Made by a program: the position numbers and the translations under genes. The notes beneath the pieces are model-generated. The model worked only from the letters and a program-made list of their open reading frames with translations. It did not search any database and had not been told where the DNA came from. From Thermoplasmatota archaeon (GTDB lineage: Archaea > Thermoplasmatota > JAKEGO01): a DNA stretch of 64,000 nt. The DNA is taken from contig JANQNK010000006.1 in the NCBI GenBank assembly GCA_028279595.1, forward strand, positions 32,001-96,000, written 5' to 3'. Positions 30,175-40,995 of this stretch are shown here, piece by piece. Numbering within the stretch: position 1 is the stretch's first letter; each line of letters begins with the position of its first letter.

Positions 30175-30813
30175 TCAGCGCCGCCGCTTCCGAATCACTT
30201 TCCTCGCATATCTTATTCCGGACTGGGTCGCGTCCAGGCTGGAGACGACGGCGTTCCTCGCCTTCCTCTCCCCCTCCTCGGCCCTGTCCAGGGTCCTCAT
30301 GAGGTGTCTGCCACCCCAGGTCACGGTCTCACCTGGATACGAACGGTCCACATGCGTCCTGTCGAGGAGATACCATCCAACCATCATCGACGGTCCACTC
30401 ACAAGCGAGAACAGGATGATGGCGAAGCTCCCGATCAGCGACGAGAGGAAGAGGCCGATGAGGACCAGCGACATGAGCCGGACCGCTAGGAAGGCTCCAG
30501 TGAGAAGAACGACCCCCGAGACGAGCAGTCCTGCGATCAGACCAAGGGGTTTGCCGATCATCACGTGACGCCGGCTCAGTCCGTGCTCCCGAAGGACCCT
30601 CAGGTCGTGAAGCCATCGTGCCAGTTTGTATCCCTTCAACCTGGCCGAGATGATAATCCATACGGAAATGACCAGCGATATCGAAGGTATCACCCTCTGT
30701 GGCCCCTCCGTGTCCTCGAGGATCCTGAGGTCCTCTGTGATGCTGATGAACATCATAATGAGGCCTGCCATGACGAGCAGGGCGCCGCGGGCCTTCGGGG
30801 AACCCATCGACAT
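30175..30813 (-). CDS. Hypothetical membrane protein
   Basis: About four hydrophobic helices and a basic C-terminus; fills the gap between flanking genes. Confidence 0.65.
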   Translation of the reverse strand: MSMGSPKARGALLVMAGLIMMFISITEDLRILEDTEGPQRVIPSISLVISVWIIISARLKGYKLARWLHDLRVLREHGLSRRHVMIGKPLGLIAGLLVSGVVLLTGAFLAVRLMSLVLIGLFLSSLIGSFAIILFSLVSGPSMMVGWYLLDRTHVDRSYPGETVTWGGRHLMRTLDRAEEGERKARNAVVSSLDATQSGIRYARKVIRKRRR

Positions 30814-30864
30814 CCGAATCGATTCACGGTATTAGACGATACCCTTTTCTACCGGTAAGGGAAC

Positions 30865-32631
30865 TTGGCGAGGATGCCAAAACCCTTCCTGGGAAAACTA
30901 GACCTCAAGTGGTGTCTAACGTGCAACGTCCCACTCCTCCATGACGAATGCTCGACGTGCGGCGGTCAGGTGAAGGAAGTCACCTACAGTCCCCCAGGCG
31001 ACATAAGGCCAGCGTTCGAGCAGGACATGGTCATCATCCATCGGGCGATCGGTGAGTTCGATCCCGAGGTCGACATGCTCAAGGGCGTCGTTCTGCTCAA
31101 TGCGATCTCATCGAAGTACGAGCTCGAGGAGGTCATCTCCGGAGGCCAGGTACTGGGATTCCTCCGGGAGAGGCGCTCCTTCGCCCCAAGGGCCGACTTC
31201 GCCGCCGCGATCCGTCCGAGGACGAAGGTGGTCGTAGCTGATCCCGGCGCCCGTCCCTCGCTCATGAAGAGCTCCAATCTTATGACACCGGGCGTTCTGT
31301 CGATGTCAGAGGGCATCGAGGTGGGCGACGAGGTGGTCGTCAAAGTCGACGGCGAGACGATCGCGACCGGCAAGGCGAGGATATCTTCGAGCGATATCGG
31401 GACAGTCAAGAAGGGCGTGGCCGTCAAGGTCCGCCACCGGATAGAAGGTCACACGTTCCCGGACGTCGAAAGCACCCTGGACGATGCCGTAGCTGCGAAC
31501 GCCGAGGCCCTTGCGAGGATCGAACGGAAGGCGGTCAAGGGCGTCCAGCGAGCATGGGAGTCCACGGAGAAGGCGAAGATGGTATCGTTCTCCGGCGGCA
31601 AGGACAGCCTCGCGACGCTCCTGCTCGTCCTGGAGGCTGGCTACAGGCCCACGATGTTCTTCGTCGACACGGGCGTGGAACTGCCAGGCACTCTGGATTA
31701 CATCGCGAACACGGCTGCCAGCCATGGCCTCGATCTGATGGTCGCCGACGCCGGCGACGCCTTCCTCGAGGGTCTCGAGCACTTCGGCCCTCCCGCCAAG
31801 GACTACAGATGGTGTTGCAAGACGAACAAGCTCGGACCGACAGCGAGGGCGATCGGGGAGCGGTTCCCCGATGGCGTACTGGCATTCATCGGCCAGAGGA
31901 TGTACGAATCCCAGGCCCGTGCCAGACAGGGTTCCAGCTGGAACAATCCGTGGGTGCCCGGTCAGGCTGCCTTCTCTCCCATCCAGACGTGGACCGCTCT
32001 CCATGTCTGGCTCTACCTCAACTGGAAGGGCGCCGAGGCGAATCCCTGGTACTTCAAGGGCCTCGAGCGGATCGGCTGCTCCGTCTGCCCGGCTGCCGAC
32101 GAGAACGAGGGCGCCGTTATCGCGGAGCACGTCGACATGCGATGGTGGAACGAACTCCTCGAGAAGTATGCCGAGACGGTCGGCCTGCCGCCCGAATGGG
32201 CGCATGCCCACTGGAGATGGCGCCGGCCCAGGGACTGGGGTGTCGAGGCAGACAGGATCGAGCACACGACGCGCCATTCGGAAGCCCTTGTCTTCGGCCA
32301 GGACGACAACACGACCGTCGTCGAGGGCCCACGCGAAGGCGATGAAAGGCTCCTGCCGATCCTCGATCGCTGCGACATCACCTTGATAAGGTCGGAGGAC
32401 AGCATCGCCATCGGCGGCGAGGACAGGCAGAAGGCACTGGAGCTGATGATACGCGGGCGGTCCTGCGTCGGGTGCGGGATTTGCACGGTCAGGTGCCCCA
32501 CTGGCGCGCTCCAACTCAGGAACACGAAGGTGGAACTGAAGGAAGAGAAGTGTGTCCGATGCCTCGAATGCCTTGGTCCTTGTCCGGTCGTCGATTTCCA
32601 TCCTTTGAGGTTCAGACCGAGGATGGATTGA
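30865..32631 (+). CDS. PAPS reductase-family protein with PUA and 4Fe-4S domains
   Basis: N-terminal WCLTCNVP Zn motif, PUA domain, SFSGGKDS, RWCCKTNK, RIGCSVCP, two CxxCxxCxxxCP motifs. Confidence 0.9.
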   Translation: MARMPKPFLGKLDLKWCLTCNVPLLHDECSTCGGQVKEVTYSPPGDIRPAFEQDMVIIHRAIGEFDPEVDMLKGVVLLNAISSKYELEEVISGGQVLGFLRERRSFAPRADFAAAIRPRTKVVVADPGARPSLMKSSNLMTPGVLSMSEGIEVGDEVVVKVDGETIATGKARISSSDIGTVKKGVAVKVRHRIEGHTFPDVESTLDDAVAANAEALARIERKAVKGVQRAWESTEKAKMVSFSGGKDSLATLLLVLEAGYRPTMFFVDTGVELPGTLDYIANTAASHGLDLMVADAGDAFLEGLEHFGPPAKDYRWCCKTNKLGPTARAIGERFPDGVLAFIGQRMYESQARARQGSSWNNPWVPGQAAFSPIQTWTALHVWLYLNWKGAEANPWYFKGLERIGCSVCPAADENEGAVIAEHVDMRWWNELLEKYAETVGLPPEWAHAHWRWRRPRDWGVEADRIEHTTRHSEALVFGQDDNTTVVEGPREGDERLLPILDRCDITLIRSEDSIAIGGEDRQKALELMIRGRSCVGCGICTVRCPTGALQLRNTKVELKEEKCVRCLECLGPCPVVDFHPLRFRPRMD

Positions 32632-32634
32632 CGT

Positions 32635-34650
32635 TCAATCCTTCAGTTCATCGAGGTCGACGAAATGGTCGAGCGCCTCGGGGTTCGCTAGCGCGTCCCT
32701 GTTCCTCACTTCATTCCCGTGAACCACCTTTCTAACCGCGAGTTCGACCTTCTTCCCCGAGATCGTCCGCGGGATGTCCGGGACCTGGATCACCTTCGCT
32801 GGCACATGCCGGGGCGTGGTGTTGGAACGAATCGTCGTCTTGATCCTCTTGACCAGGTCCTCATCGAGCTCAAGCCCCTCCTTCAAGATAACGAAGAGTA
32901 CCACCCTGGTATCGTCCTCCCAGTCCTGGCCGATGACTATGCTGTCGACCACCTCGTCGACGGTCATCACCTGGCGGTAGATCTCGGCCGTTCCGATGCG
33001 GATGCCTCCGGGATTGAGGGTCGCGTCCGACCTCCCGACCATGACGATCCCATCGTGCTCCGTTATCGTGATGAAGTCGCCGTGTCGCCAGACGTTTGGA
33101 TAGACGTCGAAGTAGGCGCTGTGGTACTTCTCATCGCCCGGGTCGTTCCAGAAGTAGATCGGCTGTGACGGGAACGAGGCGGTGCAGACCAACTCTCCAT
33201 TGACCCCCCTTACGGGATTACCGTCCTCGTCGAACGCATCCACCTTCATCCCCAGGCCTCTGACCTGGAGCTCTCCCGCCCAGACCGGCAGGGTGGGATT
33301 GCCGAGACCGAAGCACGAGATGATATCCGTACCGCCCGCTATCGAGGCGAGGTTGATGTCCTCCTTGATCTCCCTGTACACGAACTGGAAGCTCTCGATG
33401 GAGAGCGGCGACCCGGTGGATGTCATGGTCCTCAACGTTCCCAGCGAGTACTCCTCTCCCGGTCTGAGCCCGGACTTCTCCACTGCGCTGAGGTACCTGG
33501 CGCTGGTCCCGAAGATTGTCATGCCCTCGTCGTCCGCAAGCTGGAACAACCGGTCTGGGCCTGGGAAGAACGGATTCCCGTCGTAGAGTAATAGCGTTGC
33601 ACCTATGGAAAGGGACGACACCAACCAGTTCCACATCATCCATCCGCACGTCGTGAAGTAGAATATCCGGTCCGACGGCTTTAGGTCGGTGTGAAGCCCC
33701 AGCTCCTTCATGTGCTGGAGCAGTGTTCCTCCCGCGCCGTGCACAATGCACTTTGGCACACCGGTCGTGCCGGAGGAGTACATTATGTAGACGGGGTGGT
33801 GGAAGGGAAGCTGGGCGAAATCGATCTCCGGGACCGGTCCGTCCCCGATCAGGTCTTCGAACCCTATGGCCTTCGGGACCGCTCCCAGGTCCAGGTCGGT
33901 GCCGTTGTTCCATGAAAGGAGAGGAACGACCACGACCCTTTCGATCGAGGGTATCTGTTCCATGACGCTCCTCACTCGCTCCAGGGAGTCGAACTCCTTC
34001 CCGTTGTACAGATACCCGTCCGCAGTGAACAGGACCTTCGGTCCGATCTGGCCGAAGCGGTCGAAGACGCCCTTGATACCGAAGTCGGGGGAGCACGAGG
34101 ACCATATCGCCCCTATGCTGGTGGTAGCGAGCATTGCGGCCACGGTCTCTATCATGTTCGGCATGAAACCGGCGACCCTGTCCCCCTCGACCACGCCCTC
34201 CCTCCTCAGGGCGGCCGCGGTCCTTGAGACGAGGTCGAGAAGCTCGCTGTAGGATATCGATCTGCGCTTGCTGGATTCGGCGGTGAATACGAGGGCATCG
34301 ACGTTGCTGGGGTCCCGACCGTCCAGGATCCTTCCACCGAACGTCGTGGGCTTGCCGAGCGGGAACCTGAGAAGGTTCTCGGCGAAGTTGGTCCTGGAGC
34401 CCGAGAACCATCTGGACCTCATCATGTCGTCGCCGTCGGTAAGGACCTCGTCCCATCCCTTCGAACCGAGGATGGCGGTGTACTCCCAAAGGTATTGCCA
34501 GAAATCCGCACGCTCGTTCACGGACCATTCCCACATGGCACCATAGTCCTGGAGGTCCAGGCCCTTGCGGTCGTTTAGCCAGGTTCGGAAATGTGTCATG
34601 TTGGCTTTCCCGACCCGTTCGGCCGACGGCGTCCACAGAGGTCCATCCAT
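32635..34650 (-). CDS. Acetoacetate--CoA ligase (acetoacetyl-CoA synthetase)
   Basis: WSSCSPDFG, YSSGTTGVPKCIVH, FTTCGWMMWNW, GGTDI, GRSDATLNPGGIRIGTAEIY, SGKKVELAV. Confidence 0.95.
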   Translation of the reverse strand: MDGPLWTPSAERVGKANMTHFRTWLNDRKGLDLQDYGAMWEWSVNERADFWQYLWEYTAILGSKGWDEVLTDGDDMMRSRWFSGSRTNFAENLLRFPLGKPTTFGGRILDGRDPSNVDALVFTAESSKRRSISYSELLDLVSRTAAALRREGVVEGDRVAGFMPNMIETVAAMLATTSIGAIWSSCSPDFGIKGVFDRFGQIGPKVLFTADGYLYNGKEFDSLERVRSVMEQIPSIERVVVVPLLSWNNGTDLDLGAVPKAIGFEDLIGDGPVPEIDFAQLPFHHPVYIMYSSGTTGVPKCIVHGAGGTLLQHMKELGLHTDLKPSDRIFYFTTCGWMMWNWLVSSLSIGATLLLYDGNPFFPGPDRLFQLADDEGMTIFGTSARYLSAVEKSGLRPGEEYSLGTLRTMTSTGSPLSIESFQFVYREIKEDINLASIAGGTDIISCFGLGNPTLPVWAGELQVRGLGMKVDAFDEDGNPVRGVNGELVCTASFPSQPIYFWNDPGDEKYHSAYFDVYPNVWRHGDFITITEHDGIVMVGRSDATLNPGGIRIGTAEIYRQVMTVDEVVDSIVIGQDWEDDTRVVLFVILKEGLELDEDLVKRIKTTIRSNTTPRHVPAKVIQVPDIPRTISGKKVELAVRKVVHGNEVRNRDALANPEALDHFVDLDELKD

Positions 34651-34780
34651 TGGAGCAATCCCATATCAAGAATCGTCTACTGGGTTCTTATCGTTTTCCC
34701 GCTGCCGTCCGGGACCAGAATGATGTCCAGACTCCGAGAATCCCCATAAGACTAAATACTCACAATCCGATTCTCACACG

Positions 34781-36943
34781 GTGCGTATGATGGGATGGCA
34801 CTGGATGATGCTAGCATGTATCGTTACACTGTTAACGGTAGGAGCGGCGACGGGCGACACCCTCGTGGTGGACGATGACGAAGGGGACTGGGCCGGGTTC
34901 ACGACCCTGCAGAGCGCGATTTACAATGCCTCCGCAGGGGACACGATCAGGGTCTATGACGGGACATACGGCGAGAACGTCGTCGTGAACGTCAGCGTCT
35001 CGATAGTCGGGAACGTTACCCAGCAGAGCCTGGTACTCGGCGACAGGTCGAGCTGGACGATCCGCGTCGAGGCCGCGGAGACGACCATCGAGGCCCTCAG
35101 GATACGGGGCGGCTCGGCGACGTCTGGATACGCCGCCGTCATAATCGCATCCGCAGATGGCGTGACGATCGCCAATTGTTCCATTTTGGATAACGACGGG
35201 ACCGGGGTCCTCGTCACGGACGTGAACAGCGTGGATATTATCGATTGCGGGATCTACGACACCGATGGACATGGCGTGCTCCTAGACGATGTCACCGACG
35301 CCACACTGAGTGGCGTGGATTTCACCGACTGCAGTCTTTTCATCACAGGGGCCGGTGAATCGAGATACGACACACACAGCATTACAGACTGTACCGTGAA
35401 CGGCGGCACCCTATTCTACAGGGAGAACTCACCTTCGGTGGTGGTTCCGGCAAGCGTGGGCCAGGTCATACTTGCGAAATGCAGCGCGGTCCTGATACGG
35501 GAGCTGAACATCACTGGAAAGGGCAGTGTCGGCATCATGCTCGCCCACTGCGACTTCATACCAGATCTGATCGAGATCGACGGATGCATCCTCGACGGAA
35601 TGATGTACGGCGTCTATCTGCACAAGGTATCCAACGTCACCGTCAAGAACAGCACGATCTCGGACTTCTCCGACACAGGGATAACTGTCAGCTCGGGCTC
35701 AGTCGATGTCCATATCGCGGAGAACGCCATCGATGACGGCCTTTACGGGATCCAGGCGTCCTCGGTGTACGGACTCACGGTCCTGAACTGCACGCTGGAC
35801 GGTAACGTCCAGGCTGGCATCCAGCTCACGTCGGGCTGCGACGGTTCTGAACTTACAAACCTCGTGATAAGGGATTCCTGGATCGGTCTTGCAGTGTCCG
35901 ACTCGGATGACGTATCGGTATCCAACGTCACCTCCGGAGGCAACGGGAGGCTCGGGGCGGAGTTCGACACCTGTGATGGCCTTGTGATCGACAGCAGTCT
36001 ATTCCACAACAACAGCGCTGGGGGGTTGGAGCTGATCGATTGCGATTCGCCGCTGGTCTCCTTCTCCGGGATCTGGGACAACTCGGGCGCTGGGATCGCC
36101 CTTTCCGGGAACGGCGCGTTCATCACCAACGATACCATTGCCGGGAACTCCGGGAACGGGATCGAGATAGACGGCCAGCTCCATGAGGTCAAGTGGTGCG
36201 ACGTCCTGGACAACCAGTACGGGATCTACATTCTGGAGACCGCGTCGAACCTGACGATCAGGATGAACGCCCTGGGTTCGAACGAGGGCTACGGGGTCTA
36301 CTGCGACTCCGACCTCGAGAACATCACCTTCCTGAGGAACAACTTCACCGACAACAATGCTGGATTGGTCCAGGCCTACGACGTGCTGAACCACACTTGG
36401 GATGACGGCCTCCGCGGTAACTGGTGGGACGACCACGAGAGCGTCGACGAGAATGCCGACGGGGTCTGGGACGATCCCTATTCGATCGATGGACCGGGCG
36501 ATGCGGAGGACCGGTACCCTCTCAGGGGCGCGGCCGATGTCCTTCACGTTGCGCTGTTCAGCGACATCGAAGGAGATGCGGTCGAAGGCCAGACCGTACG
36601 AATAATCGTCTCGATAACCGTCGAGGTAGCGAAGAAGGACGCCTCGGTCAGGATATTCCGCGAGGATGTCGTCGTGCATTCCGAGAGCATCGACCTGGTC
36701 AAGGGTAGGAACTTCGTTTACTACGAATGGGAGGCAACGGTAGGAGACCACAACTACCGTGCCGTGGCCGAGGGCAGGACGACGGACGAGGATTCGATAT
36801 CACTCACTGTCATCCCGGCGGACGACAGCGAACCCGAGACCGAGGAGGGTGTGCCCGCGTGGGCACTCGCAGCAACAATGCTCTTCGTATCGGCCCTGGT
36901 GGTCTTCAATCTAAGGCGTTTCTTCCTGCCGAAGAAGGAGTGA
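34781..36943 (+). CDS. Secreted right-handed parallel beta-helix (NosD/CASH) surface protein with C-terminal TM anchor
   Basis: Signal peptide, VVDDD.G.W...AI..AS.GDTI.VY.GTY.E cap, GI.L repeats, GNWWDD...DPY.I, C-terminal TM plus basic tail. Confidence 0.88.
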   Translation: MRMMGWHWMMLACIVTLLTVGAATGDTLVVDDDEGDWAGFTTLQSAIYNASAGDTIRVYDGTYGENVVVNVSVSIVGNVTQQSLVLGDRSSWTIRVEAAETTIEALRIRGGSATSGYAAVIIASADGVTIANCSILDNDGTGVLVTDVNSVDIIDCGIYDTDGHGVLLDDVTDATLSGVDFTDCSLFITGAGESRYDTHSITDCTVNGGTLFYRENSPSVVVPASVGQVILAKCSAVLIRELNITGKGSVGIMLAHCDFIPDLIEIDGCILDGMMYGVYLHKVSNVTVKNSTISDFSDTGITVSSGSVDVHIAENAIDDGLYGIQASSVYGLTVLNCTLDGNVQAGIQLTSGCDGSELTNLVIRDSWIGLAVSDSDDVSVSNVTSGGNGRLGAEFDTCDGLVIDSSLFHNNSAGGLELIDCDSPLVSFSGIWDNSGAGIALSGNGAFITNDTIAGNSGNGIEIDGQLHEVKWCDVLDNQYGIYILETASNLTIRMNALGSNEGYGVYCDSDLENITFLRNNFTDNNAGLVQAYDVLNHTWDDGLRGNWWDDHESVDENADGVWDDPYSIDGPGDAEDRYPLRGAADVLHVALFSDIEGDAVEGQTVRIIVSITVEVAKKDASVRIFREDVVVHSESIDLVKGRNFVYYEWEATVGDHNYRAVAEGRTTDEDSISLTVIPADDSEPETEEGVPAWALAATMLFVSALVVFNLRRFFLPKKE

Positions 36944-36947
36944 TCCG

Positions 36948-37505
36948 TCAGTAGAGGTAATCGGCGACCTCTTCCTCGGTGTATACGACCCCGAGCCCCA
37001 GCGCGATCCTGTTGACGAAGTTGAAATACGATGTGACGAGGTTTATGTTCAGGATGTCCTCGTCGGACCATCCGGCCTCTCTCAGCGACTCCACATCGGA
37101 CGGGTCCATTTCCTCAGGGGTCCGCGTCAGCTTCTCCGCGTACTCCAGCATCCTCATCTGCGGCTCTGGAAGCCTCTCGAGCGTGTAGTCGTGACTGACC
37201 CGCCTCACCCGGGGTTGGTCATTCCAGTATTTGTTCAGCGCCTCGCCATGGTGGCTCACACAGTATGCACAGTCGTTCACGTTGGACACGACCACGGCAA
37301 TGAGCTCGCGGTCCTCGCGGCTCAGGCCCATACGGTCGTACATCAGGTTCCTGTACAGGGTCATGTGGTCCCGCATGGACGATGGGTTCAGGCTGTGGAC
37401 CTTCATGATGTTGGCGACCTTTCCCCTGCTCTTGGCTATCTGCTCATAGACGCCCTTGAGCTCGCCCTCGGCCGTCCTCTCGTCCACAGTCCTTATCCAC
37501 GGCAT
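36948..37505 (-). CDS. Peroxidase-related AhpD/carboxymuconolactone decarboxylase family protein
   Basis: ELIAVVVS..NDCAYCVSHH, YFNFVNRIA.GLG. Confidence 0.92.
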   Translation of the reverse strand: MPWIRTVDERTAEGELKGVYEQIAKSRGKVANIMKVHSLNPSSMRDHMTLYRNLMYDRMGLSREDRELIAVVVSNVNDCAYCVSHHGEALNKYWNDQPRVRRVSHDYTLERLPEPQMRMLEYAEKLTRTPEEMDPSDVESLREAGWSDEDILNINLVTSYFNFVNRIALGLGVVYTEEEVADYLY

Positions 37506-37519
37506 CTTCAGAGCCCCCG

Positions 37520-39571
37520 TTACGCATCAGGGTCGTCCGATTTCAACCTTTCCATCATCTTCTCTGGGTCCAGGACCGGCAATTCGCAGGCTCCCCCCTT
37601 GCATAGGTAGGCTGCTGCCTTCCCGTCGACCCTCTGATACGGTCCGACGAACTCGGCGACGTCCACAAGGCCATCGACAGTAACGAGAGATGTCACATTG
37701 GGTAGGAAGTCGCCGTTCAATCGATCGATGAAGGACCTGGCATCGCCCTCCAGGTCACCGACGATGACGACCTCCCAGGAACCCATGTATGCGGACCAGA
37801 TGCCGGAGGTCAGATGTGAATGTCCTGAAGGCATGTGGGCCGCTCGCCTCGGGATCGCCGATGTGAGCCGGGAGGCTGCCTCGTCCAGGTCAGGGTCACC
37901 GGTGAGCCTTGACAGTCGGACGAGGTTGTTGAGGGCGACCGAGTTGCCGGACGGGACGGCCCCGTCGTAGAACTCCTTCCTCCTGAATAGCAGACTCTCG
38001 CCGTCGTCCGGTGTCGAGAAGAAGGAGCCGTCCTGGTCGATGAAGTGCTCCATCATCGTCCTGTTGAGATGGACGGCGGTCGAAAGGACCTCGGGATCGT
38101 AGGTCGCCTGATAGAGCTCTATCAATCCCCAGACAAGGAACGCGTGGTCGTCGAGCTGTCCCGGTACGGACGCATCGCCGTTCCTGAACCTGTGGAGTAG
38201 CCTGCCGTCGGACGTCATCATGTTCTCCTTCAGGAACCGTACCGCCCTCCCGGCGGCCTCGGAATACCTGGGTTCGCCGAACGCCCGCGACGCCTTGGCA
38301 AGGGCCGCTATGGCAAGACCGTTCCAGTCGGTCAACACCTTGTCGTCCATCGACGGTCGGGTCCTGCCCTCCCGCGCTTCCATCAGGGTCTTGAGAGGTC
38401 CAGCGACCTCTTCCGGAGAACGTGTTGGACCATCCCGGGATAGATGGAGGATGTTGAGGCCTTTCCTGCCCTCGGGATCCCTGAAGTTGCCGCCGCCCCT
38501 CACATTGAAGGTGGATGTCAATAGGTCGGCATCCTCTCCAAGGATGTCCACGATCTCCTCCATCGTCCAAAGATAGAACTTCCCCTCCTCGCCCTCGCTG
38601 TCCGCATCCTCGGCGGAATGGAACCCTCCCAGAGGTGACGAGAGGTCCCTGAGCACGTAGTCGAGGACGTCCCTTGCGGTCGAGGCATACAGCTCATTGC
38701 CGGTAGCCAGATATGCCTCTGTGTACGCCATCGCCAGCAGCGCCTGGTCGTAGAGCATCTTCTCGAAGTGCGGGACGAGCCATCGCTCGTCCGTGGAGTA
38801 TCGATGGAAACCGGATCCGACGTGGTCATAGATGCCGCCCCGCCTCATATGGTCCAGCGTGTTCTCGACCATATCGAGCGCGGAACTGTCCCCCGACGAC
38901 CTCCAGTACCTCAGGAGGAACATCATGTCATGCGGGGAGGGGAACTTCGGGGCCGGCCCGAACCCTCCGTGCCTGGCGTCATATCGCCCCGCGAACTGCT
39001 CGTGGGCGAGGGCGAGCACCGAGCTGTCGACACCATGTGATGCCCTCTCGATGGAGGCCTTCCTGACCTCCCGGGCAACGTTTGCGGCCGTTTCGACCAC
39101 ATCGTTCCGCTGCTCCGTCCAGACGGACGCGAGTTTCGGGACGAGGTCGAGCATTCCGGCCATGCCGAACCTCGGCACCTTTGGAATGTAAGTGGCGGCG
39201 AAGAAGGGTTCGCCCTCGGGCGTCATGACGATCGTGAGCGGCCATCCCCCTTGTCCGGTCATCATCTGGCAGACCTGCATGTAGACCGAATCGACGTCCG
39301 GTCTCTCCTCCCTGTCCACCTTGATGTTCACGAAGGCCTCGTTCATCAGTCCGGCGACCTCCTCGTCCTCGAACGACTCCCTGGCCATTACATGGCACCA
39401 GTGGCACGTAGAGTATCCGATCGACAGGAAGATCGGTCTTCCCTGTTCCCTGGCAGCCTCGAAGGCCTCATCGCCCCAAGGGTACCAGTCGACGGGGTTA
39501 TCGGCATGCTGCAGAAGGTACGGACTGACCTCTTTCGCCAAACGGTTGGATCCTGAAGGAACATCCATCAT
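37520..39571 (-). CDS. YyaL/SSP411 thioredoxin-domain protein
   Basis: [46 protein letters not shown]. Confidence 0.95.
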   Translation of the reverse strand: MMDVPSGSNRLAKEVSPYLLQHADNPVDWYPWGDEAFEAAREQGRPIFLSIGYSTCHWCHVMARESFEDEEVAGLMNEAFVNIKVDREERPDVDSVYMQVCQMMTGQGGWPLTIVMTPEGEPFFAATYIPKVPRFGMAGMLDLVPKLASVWTEQRNDVVETAANVAREVRKASIERASHGVDSSVLALAHEQFAGRYDARHGGFGPAPKFPSPHDMMFLLRYWRSSGDSSALDMVENTLDHMRRGGIYDHVGSGFHRYSTDERWLVPHFEKMLYDQALLAMAYTEAYLATGNELYASTARDVLDYVLRDLSSPLGGFHSAEDADSEGEEGKFYLWTMEEIVDILGEDADLLTSTFNVRGGGNFRDPEGRKGLNILHLSRDGPTRSPEEVAGPLKTLMEAREGRTRPSMDDKVLTDWNGLAIAALAKASRAFGEPRYSEAAGRAVRFLKENMMTSDGRLLHRFRNGDASVPGQLDDHAFLVWGLIELYQATYDPEVLSTAVHLNRTMMEHFIDQDGSFFSTPDDGESLLFRRKEFYDGAVPSGNSVALNNLVRLSRLTGDPDLDEAASRLTSAIPRRAAHMPSGHSHLTSGIWSAYMGSWEVVIVGDLEGDARSFIDRLNGDFLPNVTSLVTVDGLVDVAEFVGPYQRVDGKAAAYLCKGGACELPVLDPEKMMERLKSDDPDA

Positions 39572-39624
39572 CGTAATCCCCGATAGGACGAGGAAGCGTC
39601 GTCTTTTAAATGGTCATCCCCGAA

Positions 39625-39978
39625 TCAGGACGCCCTGCCCTTCTCCGCCAGCCATGAGCAGGTACCGATCTCCGTACGGCGCCGGAGGTCGCGGATGATC
39701 TTCTCCTTGTGAATATCCGCCTGCGGGTCGTCCGGGTCCTTCACGTTCATGTAGACCTCGCAGGGGAACTCGGCACAGTCGCCGCAGTGCTCGTACCCCT
39801 TGTCCGTGATACAGCAGTCATAGATCGGACAGGAATCGAACTCGACGGTCTCGAGCTTGGTCCAGAACACCTTTCCCGCGACGGCCGGACATCCCGGGCA
39901 GACGGACTCATAGCACGAGCAATCGCCGCAGTAGACACCGCATGCGGCGGCCATCTTGAGGTCCGAGTCGCAGGTCAT
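39625..39978 (-). CDS. DUF3795 Cys-rich protein
   Basis: CGVYCGDC...CPGC...CPIYDCC...HCGDC.EFPC. Confidence 0.85.
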   Translation of the reverse strand: MTCDSDLKMAAACGVYCGDCSCYESVCPGCPAVAGKVFWTKLETVEFDSCPIYDCCITDKGYEHCGDCAEFPCEVYMNVKDPDDPQADIHKEKIIRDLRRRTEIGTCSWLAEKGRAS

Positions 39979-40036
39979 GTTCTACGATGATGACATTCTG
40001 GTATTAATCCATTACCTACGGGGGACGACGGCCGGT

Positions 40037-40810
40037 TCAGCGTTCGAAGACATCGAAGCTGTAGTGGAGCTTGTTGTCGGCGTCGCGCTTCCCGACCTTG
40101 CTGTCGGTCCTCTCCCATTCCTCCCAGAAGATCTTCGGGAACCTCACGTCCCCGGCGAAGCCGCCCTGGATCCTGGTCAGGTACATCTTCTCCGCCAGTG
40201 GAAGGAACTGGTCATATATCTCCGCCCCTCCGGCTACGAAGACCTCTCCGCCGACGGACCCGCCGACGATGAGCGCATCGACGATGTCATGGACAACGGT
40301 GACACCCTCGTGCTCGTAGTCCTCGTTCTTGGAGATGACGATGTTAGCCCTGCCCTCGAGGACCCCCATGGTCTCGAAGGTCTTTCGTCCCATGATGACA
40401 GCGTGCCCCATGGTGACCTTCTTGAAGAACTCACGATCGTTCGGGAGGTCCCAGGGTAGGTCGCCGTCCCGTCCGATGACATCGTTCTGGGCAACGGCGG
40501 CGATCAGCGATATGGACATGAAGGGCTTCTCCTTCAGGGGAGGCCTCCTCTTCCGGCGCTGGACCGTGGATGGTACGTCGCCTCCAGGGTGAGGGCGTCG
40601 TCGACCTCGCTTCTTCCTTACAGGTCTCTTGCTGGCTTCCTCGACGCCGGTAATGGTGACTCCAGGGGTTCCCTGGTCCACGACCTCGATATCGATGATC
40701 TCGGCCTGAACGTTCTCGTCTCCAGAAATCGGGGCTTCCGCCTGGGAGGGCTCATCTTTACTTTCCCGTCGCCGGCCCCAGCGACCGTCCTTTCTGCTAC
40801 GTTTGGACAT
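40037..40810 (-). CDS. folA: Dihydrofolate reductase with N-terminal basic extension
   Basis: IAAVAQNDVIG..GDLPW.LP.D, IMGRKTFE, GGAEIY, GDVRFP; core domain 40037-40519. Confidence 0.9.
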   Translation of the reverse strand: MSKRSRKDGRWGRRRESKDEPSQAEAPISGDENVQAEIIDIEVVDQGTPGVTITGVEEASKRPVRKKRGRRRPHPGGDVPSTVQRRKRRPPLKEKPFMSISLIAAVAQNDVIGRDGDLPWDLPNDREFFKKVTMGHAVIMGRKTFETMGVLEGRANIVISKNEDYEHEGVTVVHDIVDALIVGGSVGGEVFVAGGAEIYDQFLPLAEKMYLTRIQGGFAGDVRFPKIFWEEWERTDSKVGKRDADNKLHYSFDVFER

Positions 40811-40995
40811 TTGCCCATCCCGGCCGTACCCCTCGGCCAATTCTGGATACGGATAATAGAATAAGAATCTATCGGAGATTATGGGGGCCCCGATCCCGGT
40901 GAAGGCGCCCTCCTCCCGCCGAATGGCGATGACCCGACCGACCCCGGAGGCATATTTTTAATACGGTCAACACAATCACCGACGGGGGAGCGAGG

